Below, in pieces: positions 20,041-31,751 of a stretch of 64,000 bases of DNA; the stretch's first letter is position 1; every line of letters starts with the position of its first letter. The DNA is from an uncultured Clostridia bacterium (GTDB lineage: Bacteria; Bacillota; Clostridia; TANB77; CAG-508), in the NCBI GenBank assembly GCA_944386325.1, contig CALXAP010000003.1, positions 2,488 through 66,487 of the forward strand, read 5' to 3'. Below the pieces are notes generated by a model, which searched no databases, was not told the origin of the DNA, and saw only the letters and a program-made list of their open reading frames with translations. Position numbers and translations under genes: made by a program.

Positions 20041-21747
20041 ATGGGGGAAGATGTGAAAAAAGATATAAATATTATATTTAAGGATAATAAAAAATTATTT
20101 TTAATTATATTGGTATTTTCGTTTATATATGGCATTGGAAATGTATTTGTCCCTATTTTTATAGGAAATGGATTGAATAATATAGTAAACAATAACATTT
20201 TGAGCATTATATTGATTTTATTTTTTTCTTATATAATATTATTTTTAAGTGAAATATTTGCAAGTATTAGTTTAAATAAGATTTCAAGTAGTTTATCTAA
20301 GAAATTAAGACATAATATATTTAAAAAGATAAATACTATTAAAATTTCATATATAGATGATATGCAAATTGGTGATATATTAAATTTAATAAATGTCGAC
20401 ATAGAAAATATTATAAGAGTGGTAAATCAGACTTCATTTAAAATTTTATCTGGTATTGTAACAATATTAGGAATAACAATTGTAATAATAAACATTAATC
20501 TAATACTAGCTATAATATTAATTACTTCTGCACCTATAATGTTTATCATATCTAAATTTATAGTAAATAAGACTAATATATATTTTATTAGAAGAGCAGA
20601 TAAAATATCAGATTTAAATGAATATTCAGAAGAAATTATTTCTAAATATAAAAGTATTAAAAACTACATGTATGAGAAAGAAGCAATTCAGAAATTTGAA
20701 CAAATAAATAACAATTTATATAATATATCGTTAAAAGCACAATTTTTTTCAGCATTAACTAATCCAAGTTCTAGATTCGTAATAAACATAATATATATAT
20801 TAATAGGTATAACGGGAGCTATTTTAGCCCAAAAAAATATAATATCTGTTGGAGAAATTTCTACTTTTTTAATATATGTAAATATATATACAAGACCATT
20901 TAATGAGATAACATCATATATTACAGAAATACAAACAGGAATTGTATCAATAAACAGAATAAAAGCTATTTTAGATAAAGAAGATGAGTCTAATATTGAG
21001 AATAATAATATGATTAAATTAAAAAAATGTATAGAATTTAAAAATGTAGAGTTTTCTTATAAAAACAACAAGAAATTTATTGAAAATTTAAATTTTGTAG
21101 TTAATAAAAATGAAAAAATTGCAATTGTTGGAAAAACAGGATCTGGAAAAACAACATTAATCAATTTACTTATGAAGTTTTATAATATAAATAATGGAAG
21201 TATAATGATTGATGGTGTAGATATAGAAAATATACCAAATAAAATTTTAAGAAAAAATATAGGTGTTGTTTTACAAGATAGTAAATTATTTTTTGGTACT
21301 ATAAAAGAAAATATTTCTTATGGAAATGAAATTATAGATGAAAGTGATATAAGAAATCTAGAAGAAAAAATGAATTTAGATTCTTTTATAAATAGATTAT
21401 ACAATGGTTATGATACCATTATAGAAAATGAAAATATGTTATCTATTGGAGAAATACAATTAATAAATATTGCAAGATTATTGTTATTAAAACCACAAAT
21501 AGTTATTTTAGATGAGGCTACAAGTGATTTGGATATTGTTACAGAAAAGAAAATTCAAAATGCTATAAAAGAAATAACAGAAAATGCAACATCATTTATT
21601 ATAGCTCATAGATTATCTACTATAAAAAATGCAGACAAGATATTATATATGGAGGATGGAAATATAATAGAACAAGGTTCACATGAGGAGCTAATGAGAA
21701 AAAAAGGAAAATATTTTGAATTATATAGTTACTATAATACTAAATAA
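20041..21747 (+). CDS. ABC exporter permease/ATPase subunit with a consensus ATPase site and a degenerate signature
   Basis: Walker A GKTGSGKTT, Walker B VILDEATS, H-loop IAHRLST. The signature is LSIGEIQ instead of LSGGQ. The start may instead be GTG at 20053. Confidence 0.9.
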   Translation: MGEDVKKDINIIFKDNKKLFLIILVFSFIYGIGNVFVPIFIGNGLNNIVNNNILSIILILFFSYIILFLSEIFASISLNKISSSLSKKLRHNIFKKINTIKISYIDDMQIGDILNLINVDIENIIRVVNQTSFKILSGIVTILGITIVIININLILAIILITSAPIMFIISKFIVNKTNIYFIRRADKISDLNEYSEEIISKYKSIKNYMYEKEAIQKFEQINNNLYNISLKAQFFSALTNPSSRFVINIIYILIGITGAILAQKNIISVGEISTFLIYVNIYTRPFNEITSYITEIQTGIVSINRIKAILDKEDESNIENNNMIKLKKCIEFKNVEFSYKNNKKFIENLNFVVNKNEKIAIVGKTGSGKTTLINLLMKFYNINNGSIMIDGVDIENIPNKILRKNIGVVLQDSKLFFGTIKENISYGNEIIDESDIRNLEEKMNLDSFINRLYNGYDTIIENENMLSIGEIQLINIARLLLLKPQIVILDEATSDLDIVTEKKIQNAIKEITENATSFIIAHRLSTIKNADKILYMEDGNIIEQGSHEELMRKKGKYFELYSYYNTK

Positions 21748-21869
21748 TGGTTTAAAAGTACTTTATTTTCTTTGCTTATTATGGTATGATAAAATATGTG
21801 TGAAAATGTATAAAAATTATATATATTAAATATAAAATAAAAATAAGATACTCAAAATAGGAGGGTTTA

Positions 21870-23510
21870 ATGAAAATAATTTATGAAAATAGAGAGTTTG
21901 AAGTAGAAGAAGGTACTAAAGTAAAAGATATTTTAAAAGAAGAGATAGATAAATCTAACAAAAAAATAATCGCATGTATGGTAAATAATGAAGTTAAAGC
22001 ATTAGATTATAAAATAAATAAAAATTCAAGAATTTCTTTAATAGATTTTACACATAAAGATGGGAAAAGAGTATATGTAAGGGGTCTATTATATATAATG
22101 GGAAAGGCCTTTAGTGAGACATATAAAGATGCTTTACTTACAGTTGATTATCAATTAAATAATGCAATGCTATGCGAAGTAGACAATATGAAAGTAACAG
22201 ATAAAATGATTGAAAAAGTAAAGAATAAAATGATTGAAATTGTAAAAAAAGATATACCAATAATAAAAAAAGAAATGACAAAAGAAGAAGCAGAAGAATT
22301 TTATAATAAAGAAAAAACTTTAAAAGGAAAATTACAATTAGATTTAAGAGATAATAAAGATGTAACAGTTTATTATTGTGAAGATTATTTTAATTATTTT
22401 TATGGTGTAATGCCACAATCAACAGGATATATAAAAGTTTTCGATATAATAAAATATAGAAATGGTTTTTTAATAAGGTATCCAAGTAAAAATAATCCAG
22501 ATGAATTAGGAGAATACAAAGAGTGTAATAAATTAATAGAAACATTAGATGATTATGAGAAACTTCATAGAATATTAAATGTAAATACAATTTACAAATT
22601 AAATACTATTGTAAATGAGAGAAAAGAAAAAGAATGTATTTTAGTTGATGAAGCATTACATGAAAAAAGAATAATAGAAATTGCAAATCAGATAAAACAA
22701 AGAAAAAATACAAAAGTTATATTAATTGCAGGACCATCATCTTCTGGTAAGACAACTTTTGCAAAAAGATTGGGTATACAATTAAGATTAAATGGTTTAA
22801 AACCTGTTACAATATCAGTAGATAATTATTTTTTAGAAAGAGAAGAAACTCCAAAAGATGAATTCGGAAAGTACGATTTTGAATCTATAAATGCAATAGA
22901 TTTAAAACTATTTAATGATCATTTAAGAAAATTAATAGCAGGAGAAACTATACTTGCTCCTACTTTTGACTTTATAACTGGAAGAAAAGTGTATAAAGGA
23001 AATACGATGTCATTATCAAAAGATGAAGTGCTTGTAATAGAGGGAATTCATTGTTTAAATGATGAACTTACAAATGAGATAGATAAAGATTTAAAATTTA
23101 AAATATATATAAGTGCACTTACAGTACTTAATATAGATTACTACAATAGGATTTCTACAACAGATACTAGATTGGTTAGAAGAATTGTTAGAGATTATAA
23201 TTTTAGAGGTTATTCAGCATATCATACTCTTTCAATGTGGGATTCTGTAAATAGGGGAGAAAAGAAAAATATATTTCCATATCAAGAACAAGCTGATGCC
23301 ATGTTTAATTCATCTTTAGTATATGAATTAGGAATTTTAAGAAATTATGCAATGCCTTTACTTTTGAAAATAGATAATTATCAACCAGAATATTCAGAAG
23401 CTAAAAGACTATATAGATTATTAAGCTATTTTGAACCAATAAATCCTAAGTATATACCTAATCAATCATTACTTAGAGAGTTTATAGGTGGTAGTGTATT
23501 TGAGTATTAA
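21870..23510 (+). CDS. nucleoside/uridine kinase family protein with an N-terminal TGS-like domain
   Basis: P-loop AGPSSSGKTTFAKRL, plus EGIHCLND and a PRK-type fold pattern. Confidence 0.75.
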   Translation: MKIIYENREFEVEEGTKVKDILKEEIDKSNKKIIACMVNNEVKALDYKINKNSRISLIDFTHKDGKRVYVRGLLYIMGKAFSETYKDALLTVDYQLNNAMLCEVDNMKVTDKMIEKVKNKMIEIVKKDIPIIKKEMTKEEAEEFYNKEKTLKGKLQLDLRDNKDVTVYYCEDYFNYFYGVMPQSTGYIKVFDIIKYRNGFLIRYPSKNNPDELGEYKECNKLIETLDDYEKLHRILNVNTIYKLNTIVNERKEKECILVDEALHEKRIIEIANQIKQRKNTKVILIAGPSSSGKTTFAKRLGIQLRLNGLKPVTISVDNYFLEREETPKDEFGKYDFESINAIDLKLFNDHLRKLIAGETILAPTFDFITGRKVYKGNTMSLSKDEVLVIEGIHCLNDELTNEIDKDLKFKIYISALTVLNIDYYNRISTTDTRLVRRIVRDYNFRGYSAYHTLSMWDSVNRGEKKNIFPYQEQADAMFNSSLVYELGILRNYAMPLLLKIDNYQPEYSEAKRLYRLLSYFEPINPKYIPNQSLLREFIGGSVFEY

Positions 23511-23839
23511 TGGAGAGAGTAGTTGTGAAGAAATTTTTAGAAATAGATGAAGAATTTATATGCGAAAATTGTGGGAAAAAAGTAGAAAAACTAGGATATT
23601 CATGTAGAAATCATTGTCCTTATTGTTTATATTCAAAACATTTAGATATTAATCCAGGAGATAGAAAAGAGGATTGTCATGGAATGTTAGAGCCAATTGG
23701 AATAGAGATTAATAGTAAAAAAGGTTATGTAATTGTTTATAAATGTAAAAAGTGTGGAGCTATAAGAAAAAATAAAGCAGCAAGAGATGATGATATGGAT
23801 GTAATAATAAAATTAAGTTCAAATAGTAATATTTATTAA
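23510..23839 (+). CDS. RNHCP domain-containing protein
   Basis: The literal RNHCPYC motif together with CENCG and CKKCG zinc-ribbon pairs. Confidence 0.8.
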   Translation: MERVVVKKFLEIDEEFICENCGKKVEKLGYSCRNHCPYCLYSKHLDINPGDRKEDCHGMLEPIGIEINSKKGYVIVYKCKKCGAIRKNKAARDDDMDVIIKLSSNSNIY

Positions 23840-23865
23840 ACAAAATTTATTAAAGGAGAGTATTA

Positions 23866-25221
23866 ATGCGAAAAGGTTTAGTTGTTTTTAAAAAAATAAT
23901 ATCATGGTTACTTTTAATATTAGCTATTTTTGCATTATATAAAACTTTTACTATATATAAACAAAAAGACTATAATAATTTTGTTAGAGCAGAAAGAAAT
24001 GTATATACTTCAGAATTTACTAGAGATAAAGAAGTAAAATATAATGATTATGCAAGTTATAAAATACAATCTAATACATTTAATGATGCAATGTTTTATA
24101 AAACAGTAAAAGTTGAACCAAATACTCCATATAAAATAACATGTAAAGTTAAAACATTAAATGTTGAAAAACAAGAAAATAATAATGGTGGTGGTGCACA
24201 GATTTCAATAGAAAATACAACAGAAAGATCAAAAATTATTAGTGGAACTAATGATTGGACAGAGCTAACACTATATTTTAATTCTAAAAATAGGAATGAG
24301 ATAAATATAGGTTTTAGATTAGGTGGATATGATAATATGTGTACAGGAACAGCTTGGTTTTCGGATTTTATGTTGCAAAAAGGAGTAGAAGATAATAGTA
24401 ATATATGGAATATAGCATGTTTTATTTTTAAAAATACAGATGTAAATATAAATGATAAAGAATATAAATTTCAAATAGATGAAGATGAAATTGAATTAAT
24501 GGAAAATGATATGGAAAGATTTAAAAAGACATGTGAAGAATTTTCAGAAGGTAAAATGAAAGTTAATTATGAAATAATTGAAATAAATGAATCAATTAAT
24601 TCTATATCTTATGATCAAGAAAATGAATATTATATAAATCCAACAGATGTAGAACATATAATACAAACTTATGTAGACAATAATGAATATGATCATATTT
24701 TTGCAGTAGTAAAATTAGGAGATTTATCTAAAAATTTGGAGATACCTGTTAATGATTGGATAGGTCTTGGAGGCATGGAATATCAAAACATAGGTTTTTC
24801 TAATATTAGACTACCAAACGATAAAAATAGTTATATGTACAGATATGAGTATTATGTAAATAGATTTCCAGAAGAAGTATTTTTACATGAGTTTTTACAT
24901 TCTTTAGAAAAAAATGCTACAGATTTTGGATATATTGTTCCTGCGTTGCATGATAATTCGAAATATGGATATGAAAGTGAAATGTATATTAGCTTAAAAA
25001 ATTGGTATAAAGATTATATGCAAAAGAAAATTAGTTATCAAGGAGAGTATATAGGTTTACCAGAAGAAATATATAGTAAAAAACCAGTACATGAAAGCGA
25101 ATTTTTATATTCAGAAATTATAACAATAAATGATGAACCACAAAATATTATAGAAGAAATTAGTAATTTGACACATAATTTAGTAAATGTATTTATGAGA
25201 ATTTTAAATTATAATACTTAA
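23866..25221 (+). CDS. membrane-anchored protein with a CBM-like beta-sandwich region and a C-terminal HExxH segment
   Basis: N-terminal TM helix. GGGAQISIENT..WTELTLYFNS..GTAWFSDFML resembles CBM4/9-type modules. HEFLH lies at about aa 340. Confidence 0.5.
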   Translation: MRKGLVVFKKIISWLLLILAIFALYKTFTIYKQKDYNNFVRAERNVYTSEFTRDKEVKYNDYASYKIQSNTFNDAMFYKTVKVEPNTPYKITCKVKTLNVEKQENNNGGGAQISIENTTERSKIISGTNDWTELTLYFNSKNRNEINIGFRLGGYDNMCTGTAWFSDFMLQKGVEDNSNIWNIACFIFKNTDVNINDKEYKFQIDEDEIELMENDMERFKKTCEEFSEGKMKVNYEIIEINESINSISYDQENEYYINPTDVEHIIQTYVDNNEYDHIFAVVKLGDLSKNLEIPVNDWIGLGGMEYQNIGFSNIRLPNDKNSYMYRYEYYVNRFPEEVFLHEFLHSLEKNATDFGYIVPALHDNSKYGYESEMYISLKNWYKDYMQKKISYQGEYIGLPEEIYSKKPVHESEFLYSEIITINDEPQNIIEEISNLTHNLVNVFMRILNYNT

Positions 25222-25242
25222 AATAAAAAGAGGTAATAATAA

Positions 25243-26268
25243 ATGAAGTTAGAAGAATTTGATTATAATTTACCAGAAGAGTTAATTGCACAACATCCAA
25301 ATGATAAAAGAGATGAAGCAAGATTAATGGTTTTAAATAGAAAAAATAGAACCATAGAAGATAAGATTTTTAAAGATATAATTGAATATTTAAATGAAGG
25401 TGATTGTTTAGTAATAAATAATACTAAAGTTATTCCAGCAAGATTATATGGTAAAAAAGTAGATAGTGATATAAATGTAGAAATACTACTTTTGAAAAGA
25501 GTAGAAGAAGATATATGGGAAGTAATTGTAAAGCCAGGAAGGAGACTTAAAACAGGAGCAAAAATAATATTTGGAGATGGACTATTAAAAGGAGAAATAA
25601 TAGATGTTTTAGAAAATGGAAACAGAAAAATTAAATTCGAATATAAAGGAATATTTAACGAAATTTTAGATCAAATAGGCTTAATGCCTTTACCACCATA
25701 TATAAAAGAAAAATTAAAAGATAAAAATAGTTATCAAACAGTTTATGCAAAATATGAAGGCTCATGTGCAGCACCTACAGCAGGACTTCATTTTACAAAA
25801 GAACTTTTAGAAAGAATTAAACAAAAAGGTATTGTAATTGCAAATGTAACATTACATGTAGGAATAGGAACATTTAGACCAGTTAAAGTAGAAAATATTG
25901 AAGAACATAAAATGCATACAGAACATTATTATATAAAAAAAGAAGATGCTGAGAAAATAAATGAAGCAAAGAAAACTGGAAAAAGAGTTATTGCTTGTGG
26001 TACAACTTCATGCAGAGTGCTTGAAACTGTTTCAGATGAGAATGGATTTGTTAAAGAAGTAGAAGGCGATACAGGAATATTTATATATCCAGGATATAAA
26101 TATAAATGTGTAGATGCATTAATAACAAATTTTCATTTACCAAAATCTACTTTAATAATGCTAGTATCTGCACTAGCAGATAAAGAATTTATAATGGAAG
26201 CATATAATAGAGCTGTAAAAGAAAAGTATAAATTTTTTAGTTTTGGTGATGCTATGTTTATTGAGTAG
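25243..26268 (+). CDS. queA: S-adenosylmethionine:tRNA ribosyltransferase-isomerase
   Basis: Motifs [24 protein letters not shown] and [10 protein letters not shown]. Confidence 0.95.
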   Translation: MKLEEFDYNLPEELIAQHPNDKRDEARLMVLNRKNRTIEDKIFKDIIEYLNEGDCLVINNTKVIPARLYGKKVDSDINVEILLLKRVEEDIWEVIVKPGRRLKTGAKIIFGDGLLKGEIIDVLENGNRKIKFEYKGIFNEILDQIGLMPLPPYIKEKLKDKNSYQTVYAKYEGSCAAPTAGLHFTKELLERIKQKGIVIANVTLHVGIGTFRPVKVENIEEHKMHTEHYYIKKEDAEKINEAKKTGKRVIACGTTSCRVLETVSDENGFVKEVEGDTGIFIYPGYKYKCVDALITNFHLPKSTLIMLVSALADKEFIMEAYNRAVKEKYKFFSFGDAMFIE

Positions 26269-26277
26269 AAAATGTAA

Positions 26278-27429
<1,152 letters not shown>

Positions 27430-27440
27430 GGGGGTAATAT

Positions 27441-28922
27441 ATGAATTTAGTAAGTGATGGAATAGATTTAAAAACAGAAAGAACTAAAAAAATAATAAAA
27501 ATATCTATTATATTAGCTGTTATATTATTTTTTATAGTATTAGCAATAATGTTATATTATAATTATGTAGAATCGCAAACATTAAAATTATATATAGATA
27601 GAGAGAGAATGGAAATACCACAAAATTTATTTTCATATGATCAAAATTCAGGAACGCTTTATGTTTCTATAGAGGATTTGGCAAGTATTGCTGGATATGA
27701 ATACTATAGGGGTGATTATAATAAGCTAACTGAGGAAAATACAAAATGCTATGTTAATAATAAAGAAGAAGTTGCTGGATTTGAATCTGGTTCAAATCAA
27801 ATGTATAAAGCAGATCCAACTTCAAATTCTACAGATTATGACTGGTATACTATGACTGAGCCAGCTAGAACTATAAATGGAAAGATATATGTAGATGCAA
27901 AAGATGCTGGAATTGGTTTAAATGTAAAAATAAATTATAATCAAGAATACAATAGAATAGAAATTGTTACATTAGATTATTTAGTATCATATTATGAATC
28001 TATAGTTACATCAGATTATGGATATGCGGGAGTAGCTCAAGAATTTAAAAATCAAAAAGCTTTATTATATGACTTAATTGTTGTAAGAAAACAAGAGGAT
28101 AAAAATACTTATAAATATGGAGTAATAACAGTTGACAATAAAGATGTTATTGGAACTAGATATGATGCGATAGAATTTATAGAAGTTTCTCAAGATTTTT
28201 ATGTAACAACAAACAAGAAAGTTGGAATATTATCAAATGAAGGAGCTCAAAAAATAGAGCCAAATTATGATGATATAAAAGTACTAGATAATGATTTAAG
28301 ATTATATTATGTAAAAAATGGTAATTACTATGGTGTATTAGATAGAAATGGAAAAAGAATTGTATATATAGAGTATGAAAAGATTGGTGTAGATACAACA
28401 CAATTTCAAAATGATGATATAAAAAATAGTATGCTATTATTTGAAAATTGCATACCTGTAATGAAAGCAAAAAAATGGGGAGCATTTGATATAAATGGAA
28501 ATCAAATAATACCAACTAATTTTGATAGTTTTGGATGTATTAATTCAACTCAAAAAGATACAACAAGAAATAATGTTCTTGTAATACCAGAAATTGAAGG
28601 AATAGTAGTATGTCAAAATGGAAAGTATGGTATTATAGATGCAAGAGGTAATTATATAGCACCTTGTGCTTTTGATAGTATATATTCTATAACTAATTTA
28701 GGAGAAAACACATATTATTTAGAATATAATGGTCAACAAGTACTTATATCAGATTATGTGAAATTAAATCAATCACAAACTGGTGATAATCAAGGACAAA
28801 CAAATACAGTACAGCCAAGTAATACAAATACTGTTGGAAATGATGTAAATAATAACAGCAATGTAACAGTAGATAATAATATAAATGTAAATAATACTAA
28901 CACAGCAGTGCCTGTTCAATAA
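27441..28922 (+). CDS. membrane-anchored WG-repeat protein with a copper-amine-oxidase-N-like domain and an Asn-rich tail
   Basis: Five (K)(Y/W)G(V/I/A).D..G..I.P..(Y/F)D repeats. N-terminal TM helix. Confidence 0.7.
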   Translation: MNLVSDGIDLKTERTKKIIKISIILAVILFFIVLAIMLYYNYVESQTLKLYIDRERMEIPQNLFSYDQNSGTLYVSIEDLASIAGYEYYRGDYNKLTEENTKCYVNNKEEVAGFESGSNQMYKADPTSNSTDYDWYTMTEPARTINGKIYVDAKDAGIGLNVKINYNQEYNRIEIVTLDYLVSYYESIVTSDYGYAGVAQEFKNQKALLYDLIVVRKQEDKNTYKYGVITVDNKDVIGTRYDAIEFIEVSQDFYVTTNKKVGILSNEGAQKIEPNYDDIKVLDNDLRLYYVKNGNYYGVLDRNGKRIVYIEYEKIGVDTTQFQNDDIKNSMLLFENCIPVMKAKKWGAFDINGNQIIPTNFDSFGCINSTQKDTTRNNVLVIPEIEGIVVCQNGKYGIIDARGNYIAPCAFDSIYSITNLGENTYYLEYNGQQVLISDYVKLNQSQTGDNQGQTNTVQPSNTNTVGNDVNNNSNVTVDNNINVNNTNTAVPVQ

Positions 28923-28941
28923 TGTGTTATTGTATTGATAA

Positions 28942-28981
28942 AAGACTAAATTCTAAAATAAAAGAATTTAGTCTTTTTTTG
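28942..28981 (+). terminator. rho-independent terminator
   Basis: AAGACTAAATTCT / AGAATTTAGTCTT stem followed by T7. Confidence 0.85.
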
Positions 28982-29068
28982 TCGTACGATTTAGTTAAAA
29001 ATAAAAAGGATAAAATTACCAAAAATTGTATATATATTATATAGACATGTTAAGATGGAGGTTTTTAT

Positions 29069-29386
29069 ATGAATATTGAATATGATAATAAGGACAAGTT
29101 ATTAACTATAAAAATCAATGAAGAGATAGATCATCATGCAGTAGAAAAAATAAGAAGGAGGGCAGATTATGAAATTCAAAGATATATGCCAAAAAGAGTT
29201 GTATTTGATTTTAATAATGTTTCTTTCATGGATAGTTCAGGAATAGGAATGGTAGTTGGAAGATATAAACTTATATCAATGCTAGGGGGAGAATTATCAA
29301 TGATAAATGTAAAAGAAAATTTATATAAAATTTTAAAAATGTCGGGGGTATCAAATATTATTCCTATAAAAGAAGCAAAAATTTAA
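29069..29386 (+). CDS. spoIIAA: anti-sigma F factor antagonist
   Basis: STAS domain with FMDSSGIG. First gene of the spoIIA operon. Confidence 0.9.
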   Translation: MNIEYDNKDKLLTIKINEEIDHHAVEKIRRRADYEIQRYMPKRVVFDFNNVSFMDSSGIGMVVGRYKLISMLGGELSMINVKENLYKILKMSGVSNIIPIKEAKI

Positions 29387-29409
29387 CTAAGAAGATGGGA
29401 GAGATAAAA

Positions 29410-29889
29410 ATGAAAGATTTATATGAAAATGAAATGAAATTAGAATTTTTAAGCAAGTCAAATAATGAAGCTTTTGCAAGAATAACAGTTGCAGCATTTG
29501 CTGCACAATTGGATCCAACAATTGAAGAATTATCAGATATAAAAACTGCAGTTTCAGAAGCTGTAACTAATTGTATTATTCATGGATATGAAGATAGTGA
29601 AGGAATTATAAAAATAATTACAAAAATTTATCATAATACAATAATTATTGAAATATCAGACACAGGTAAGGGAATTGAAAATATCGATAAAGCAAGAGAG
29701 CCATTATATACATCAAAACCAAATCTAGAAAGATCTGGCATGGGATTTACTATTATGGAAAGTTTTATGGACGAGGTTAATATTGAATCAATAGTAGGAT
29801 TAGGTACAAAAGTAACAATGAAAAAGAAAATAAAGCTATTAAAAAAAGAAAGTGAGGAAGAATTAAAAAATAATTTATTATTTACTTAA
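29410..29889 (+). CDS. spoIIAB: anti-sigma F factor (serine kinase)
   Basis: Motifs [21 protein letters not shown] and [11 protein letters not shown] at 29410 follows GGGAGAG. Confidence 0.9.
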   Translation: MKDLYENEMKLEFLSKSNNEAFARITVAAFAAQLDPTIEELSDIKTAVSEAVTNCIIHGYEDSEGIIKIITKIYHNTIIIEISDTGKGIENIDKAREPLYTSKPNLERSGMGFTIMESFMDEVNIESIVGLGTKVTMKKKIKLLKKESEEELKNNLLFT

Positions 29890-29941
29890 AATTAGAAAAT
29901 CTTATTAATAAATACATATTAAAAAATAGAGAGGAGTATAT

Positions 29942-30670
29942 ATGTATGAAACTAAAATAGAAGATATTATAAAAGCCCAAAATGGAGATGAAGAAGTTAT
30001 GGAGGAAATATTAAGAAATAATGAAGGATTAACATGGAGTATTGTAAAACGTTTTACTGGAAGAGGTCATGAAGTTGAAGATTTATACCAAATAGGTTGT
30101 TTGGGTTTTATCAAAGCTATAAAAAGATTTGATGTTAATTTTGAAGTTAAAATATCTACATATGCAGTACCATATATACTAGGAGAAATAAAAAGATATA
30201 TAAGAGATGATGGATTAATAAGAGTAAGTAGAAGTATAAAAGAACTTTTAATTAAAATAAAAGAAGTACAAAGAGAATATATTATGAAAGAAGGAAGAGA
30301 AGTAGGAATAATAGAATTAGCAGAAAAATTAAAAGTAAGTAAAGAGGAAATAGCAGTAGCTTTAGATTCAGATAGGCAGCTTGAATCTATAAATGATGAT
30401 GCATATTCAGGTTCATCAAATGAAGGAAAAACAAGTAAATTAGAGAAAATAAATATAGGAAAAGATGAAACAAGTGCAGTAATTGATAAAATATGTATAA
30501 AGGAATTAATAAATGATTTAGATAAAAGGGAAAGAGAAATAATATTACTTAGATATTATAAAGAAAAGACTCAAACTGAAGTAGCCAAAATATTAGGAAT
30601 TACTCAGGTACAAGTATCTAGAATAGAAAAAAAGATATTAAATTCTATGAGAACTAAATTAATAGTATAA
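29942..30670 (+). CDS. sigF: sporulation sigma factor F
   Basis: Sigma-70 regions 2-4 (DLYQIGCLGFIKAIKRFD, TQTEVAKILGITQVQVSRIEKK). Third gene of the spoIIA operon. Confidence 0.9.
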   Translation: MYETKIEDIIKAQNGDEEVMEEILRNNEGLTWSIVKRFTGRGHEVEDLYQIGCLGFIKAIKRFDVNFEVKISTYAVPYILGEIKRYIRDDGLIRVSRSIKELLIKIKEVQREYIMKEGREVGIIELAEKLKVSKEEIAVALDSDRQLESINDDAYSGSSNEGKTSKLEKINIGKDETSAVIDKICIKELINDLDKREREIILLRYYKEKTQTEVAKILGITQVQVSRIEKKILNSMRTKLIV

Positions 30671-30687
30671 TACTATGTAGGTGATTT

Positions 30688-31686
30688 ATGAGAAAATTGA
30701 TTATATATATTTTATTAATTATAGTAATTTGTTTTACTATACCAGTTCTTTTTACTAAATCATTTCAAACTAATAATGTATCAGCTGAAGCTCAAGAAAA
30801 TGTAGCTCAATCAAGCATTTCAAATTATAATTACAAAGAATATGATACAATATCTCTATTACATAAAAAAGACAATACTATAGAAGAAGTAAAATTAGAT
30901 GAATATTTGTATGGTGTTGTTTCTGCAGAAATGCCAGTAGATTTCGAATTAGAGGCATTAAAAGCACAAGCAGTTGTTGCAAGAACTTATACTATTTATA
31001 AAATAATAAATAGTGGCAAAAAGCATGGAGAAGCTTATATATGTGATGATTCTACATGTTGCCAAGCATGGATTTCAAAAGAAGATAGATTGAATAGATG
31101 GGAAGAACAAAAAAGAGAAGAAAATTGGAATAAAATTGTTAATGCAGTTAATAGTACACAAGGAAAAATTATTACATATAATGGAGAACCAATAAATGCA
31201 TTTTTTCATTCAAATAGCGGTGGAAAAACAGAAATGCCAATAAATGTTTGGGGAGGAAGTGGATATCCATATTTACAGTGTGTAGAAACATCTGGTGAAG
31301 AAAACTATTCTCAGTATGCTTCAGAAGCGGAATTTAGTAAAGAAGAATTATCAGATAAAATTAAATCTAAGTATTCAGATTTAGTAATAGATAATTTAAA
31401 TGAAGAAAACATTAAAATATTAGAATATACAGATTCAGGAAGAGTAAAGACTTTAAAAGTGGGAAATAAAAATATATCTGGAGTTGAAATTAGAACATTA
31501 CTAGGATTAAGATCTACGAACTTTAAAATTAGTTTTAATAATGATAAAGTAAAATTTGAAGTTATAGGTTATGGTCATGGAGTAGGCTTGAGTCAAACAG
31601 GAAGTGATAGTTTAGCTAAGCAAGGATTAAGTTATGAAGAAATTATAAAACATTTTTACAGTGGTGTAGAAATAATAAATTATTAA
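30688..31686 (+). CDS. spoIID: stage II sporulation protein D (lytic transglycosylase)
   Basis: Motifs AQAVVARTY, FFHSNSGGKTE and GHGVGLSQ. Confidence 0.9.
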   Translation: MRKLIIYILLIIVICFTIPVLFTKSFQTNNVSAEAQENVAQSSISNYNYKEYDTISLLHKKDNTIEEVKLDEYLYGVVSAEMPVDFELEALKAQAVVARTYTIYKIINSGKKHGEAYICDDSTCCQAWISKEDRLNRWEEQKREENWNKIVNAVNSTQGKIITYNGEPINAFFHSNSGGKTEMPINVWGGSGYPYLQCVETSGEENYSQYASEAEFSKEELSDKIKSKYSDLVIDNLNEENIKILEYTDSGRVKTLKVGNKNISGVEIRTLLGLRSTNFKISFNNDKVKFEVIGYGHGVGLSQTGSDSLAKQGLSYEEIIKHFYSGVEIINY

Positions 31687-31751
31687 ATTATGTATAATCT
31701 TCAAAAAAAAGGAAATACTTTTGATAAAGACTAATTTTGAGGAGGAAAATA

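Noticed and set aside
28780-28920. Periodic AAT/ACA-rich DNA here and at about 31990-32160 that looked like tandem repeats.
   Set aside because: The periodicity is in frame within long ORFs and encodes Asn/Thr-rich low-complexity linkers. There is no unit-length repeat and no spacer-repeat architecture.
28980-29068. A Spo0A box or sigma-H promoter upstream of spoIIAA (TGTCGTA at 28980-28986; AAAGGATAAA at about 29005).
   Set aside because: There is only one near-match to TGTCGAA, and I could not find a properly spaced GAAT -10 element. The evidence is too weak to report as a feature.
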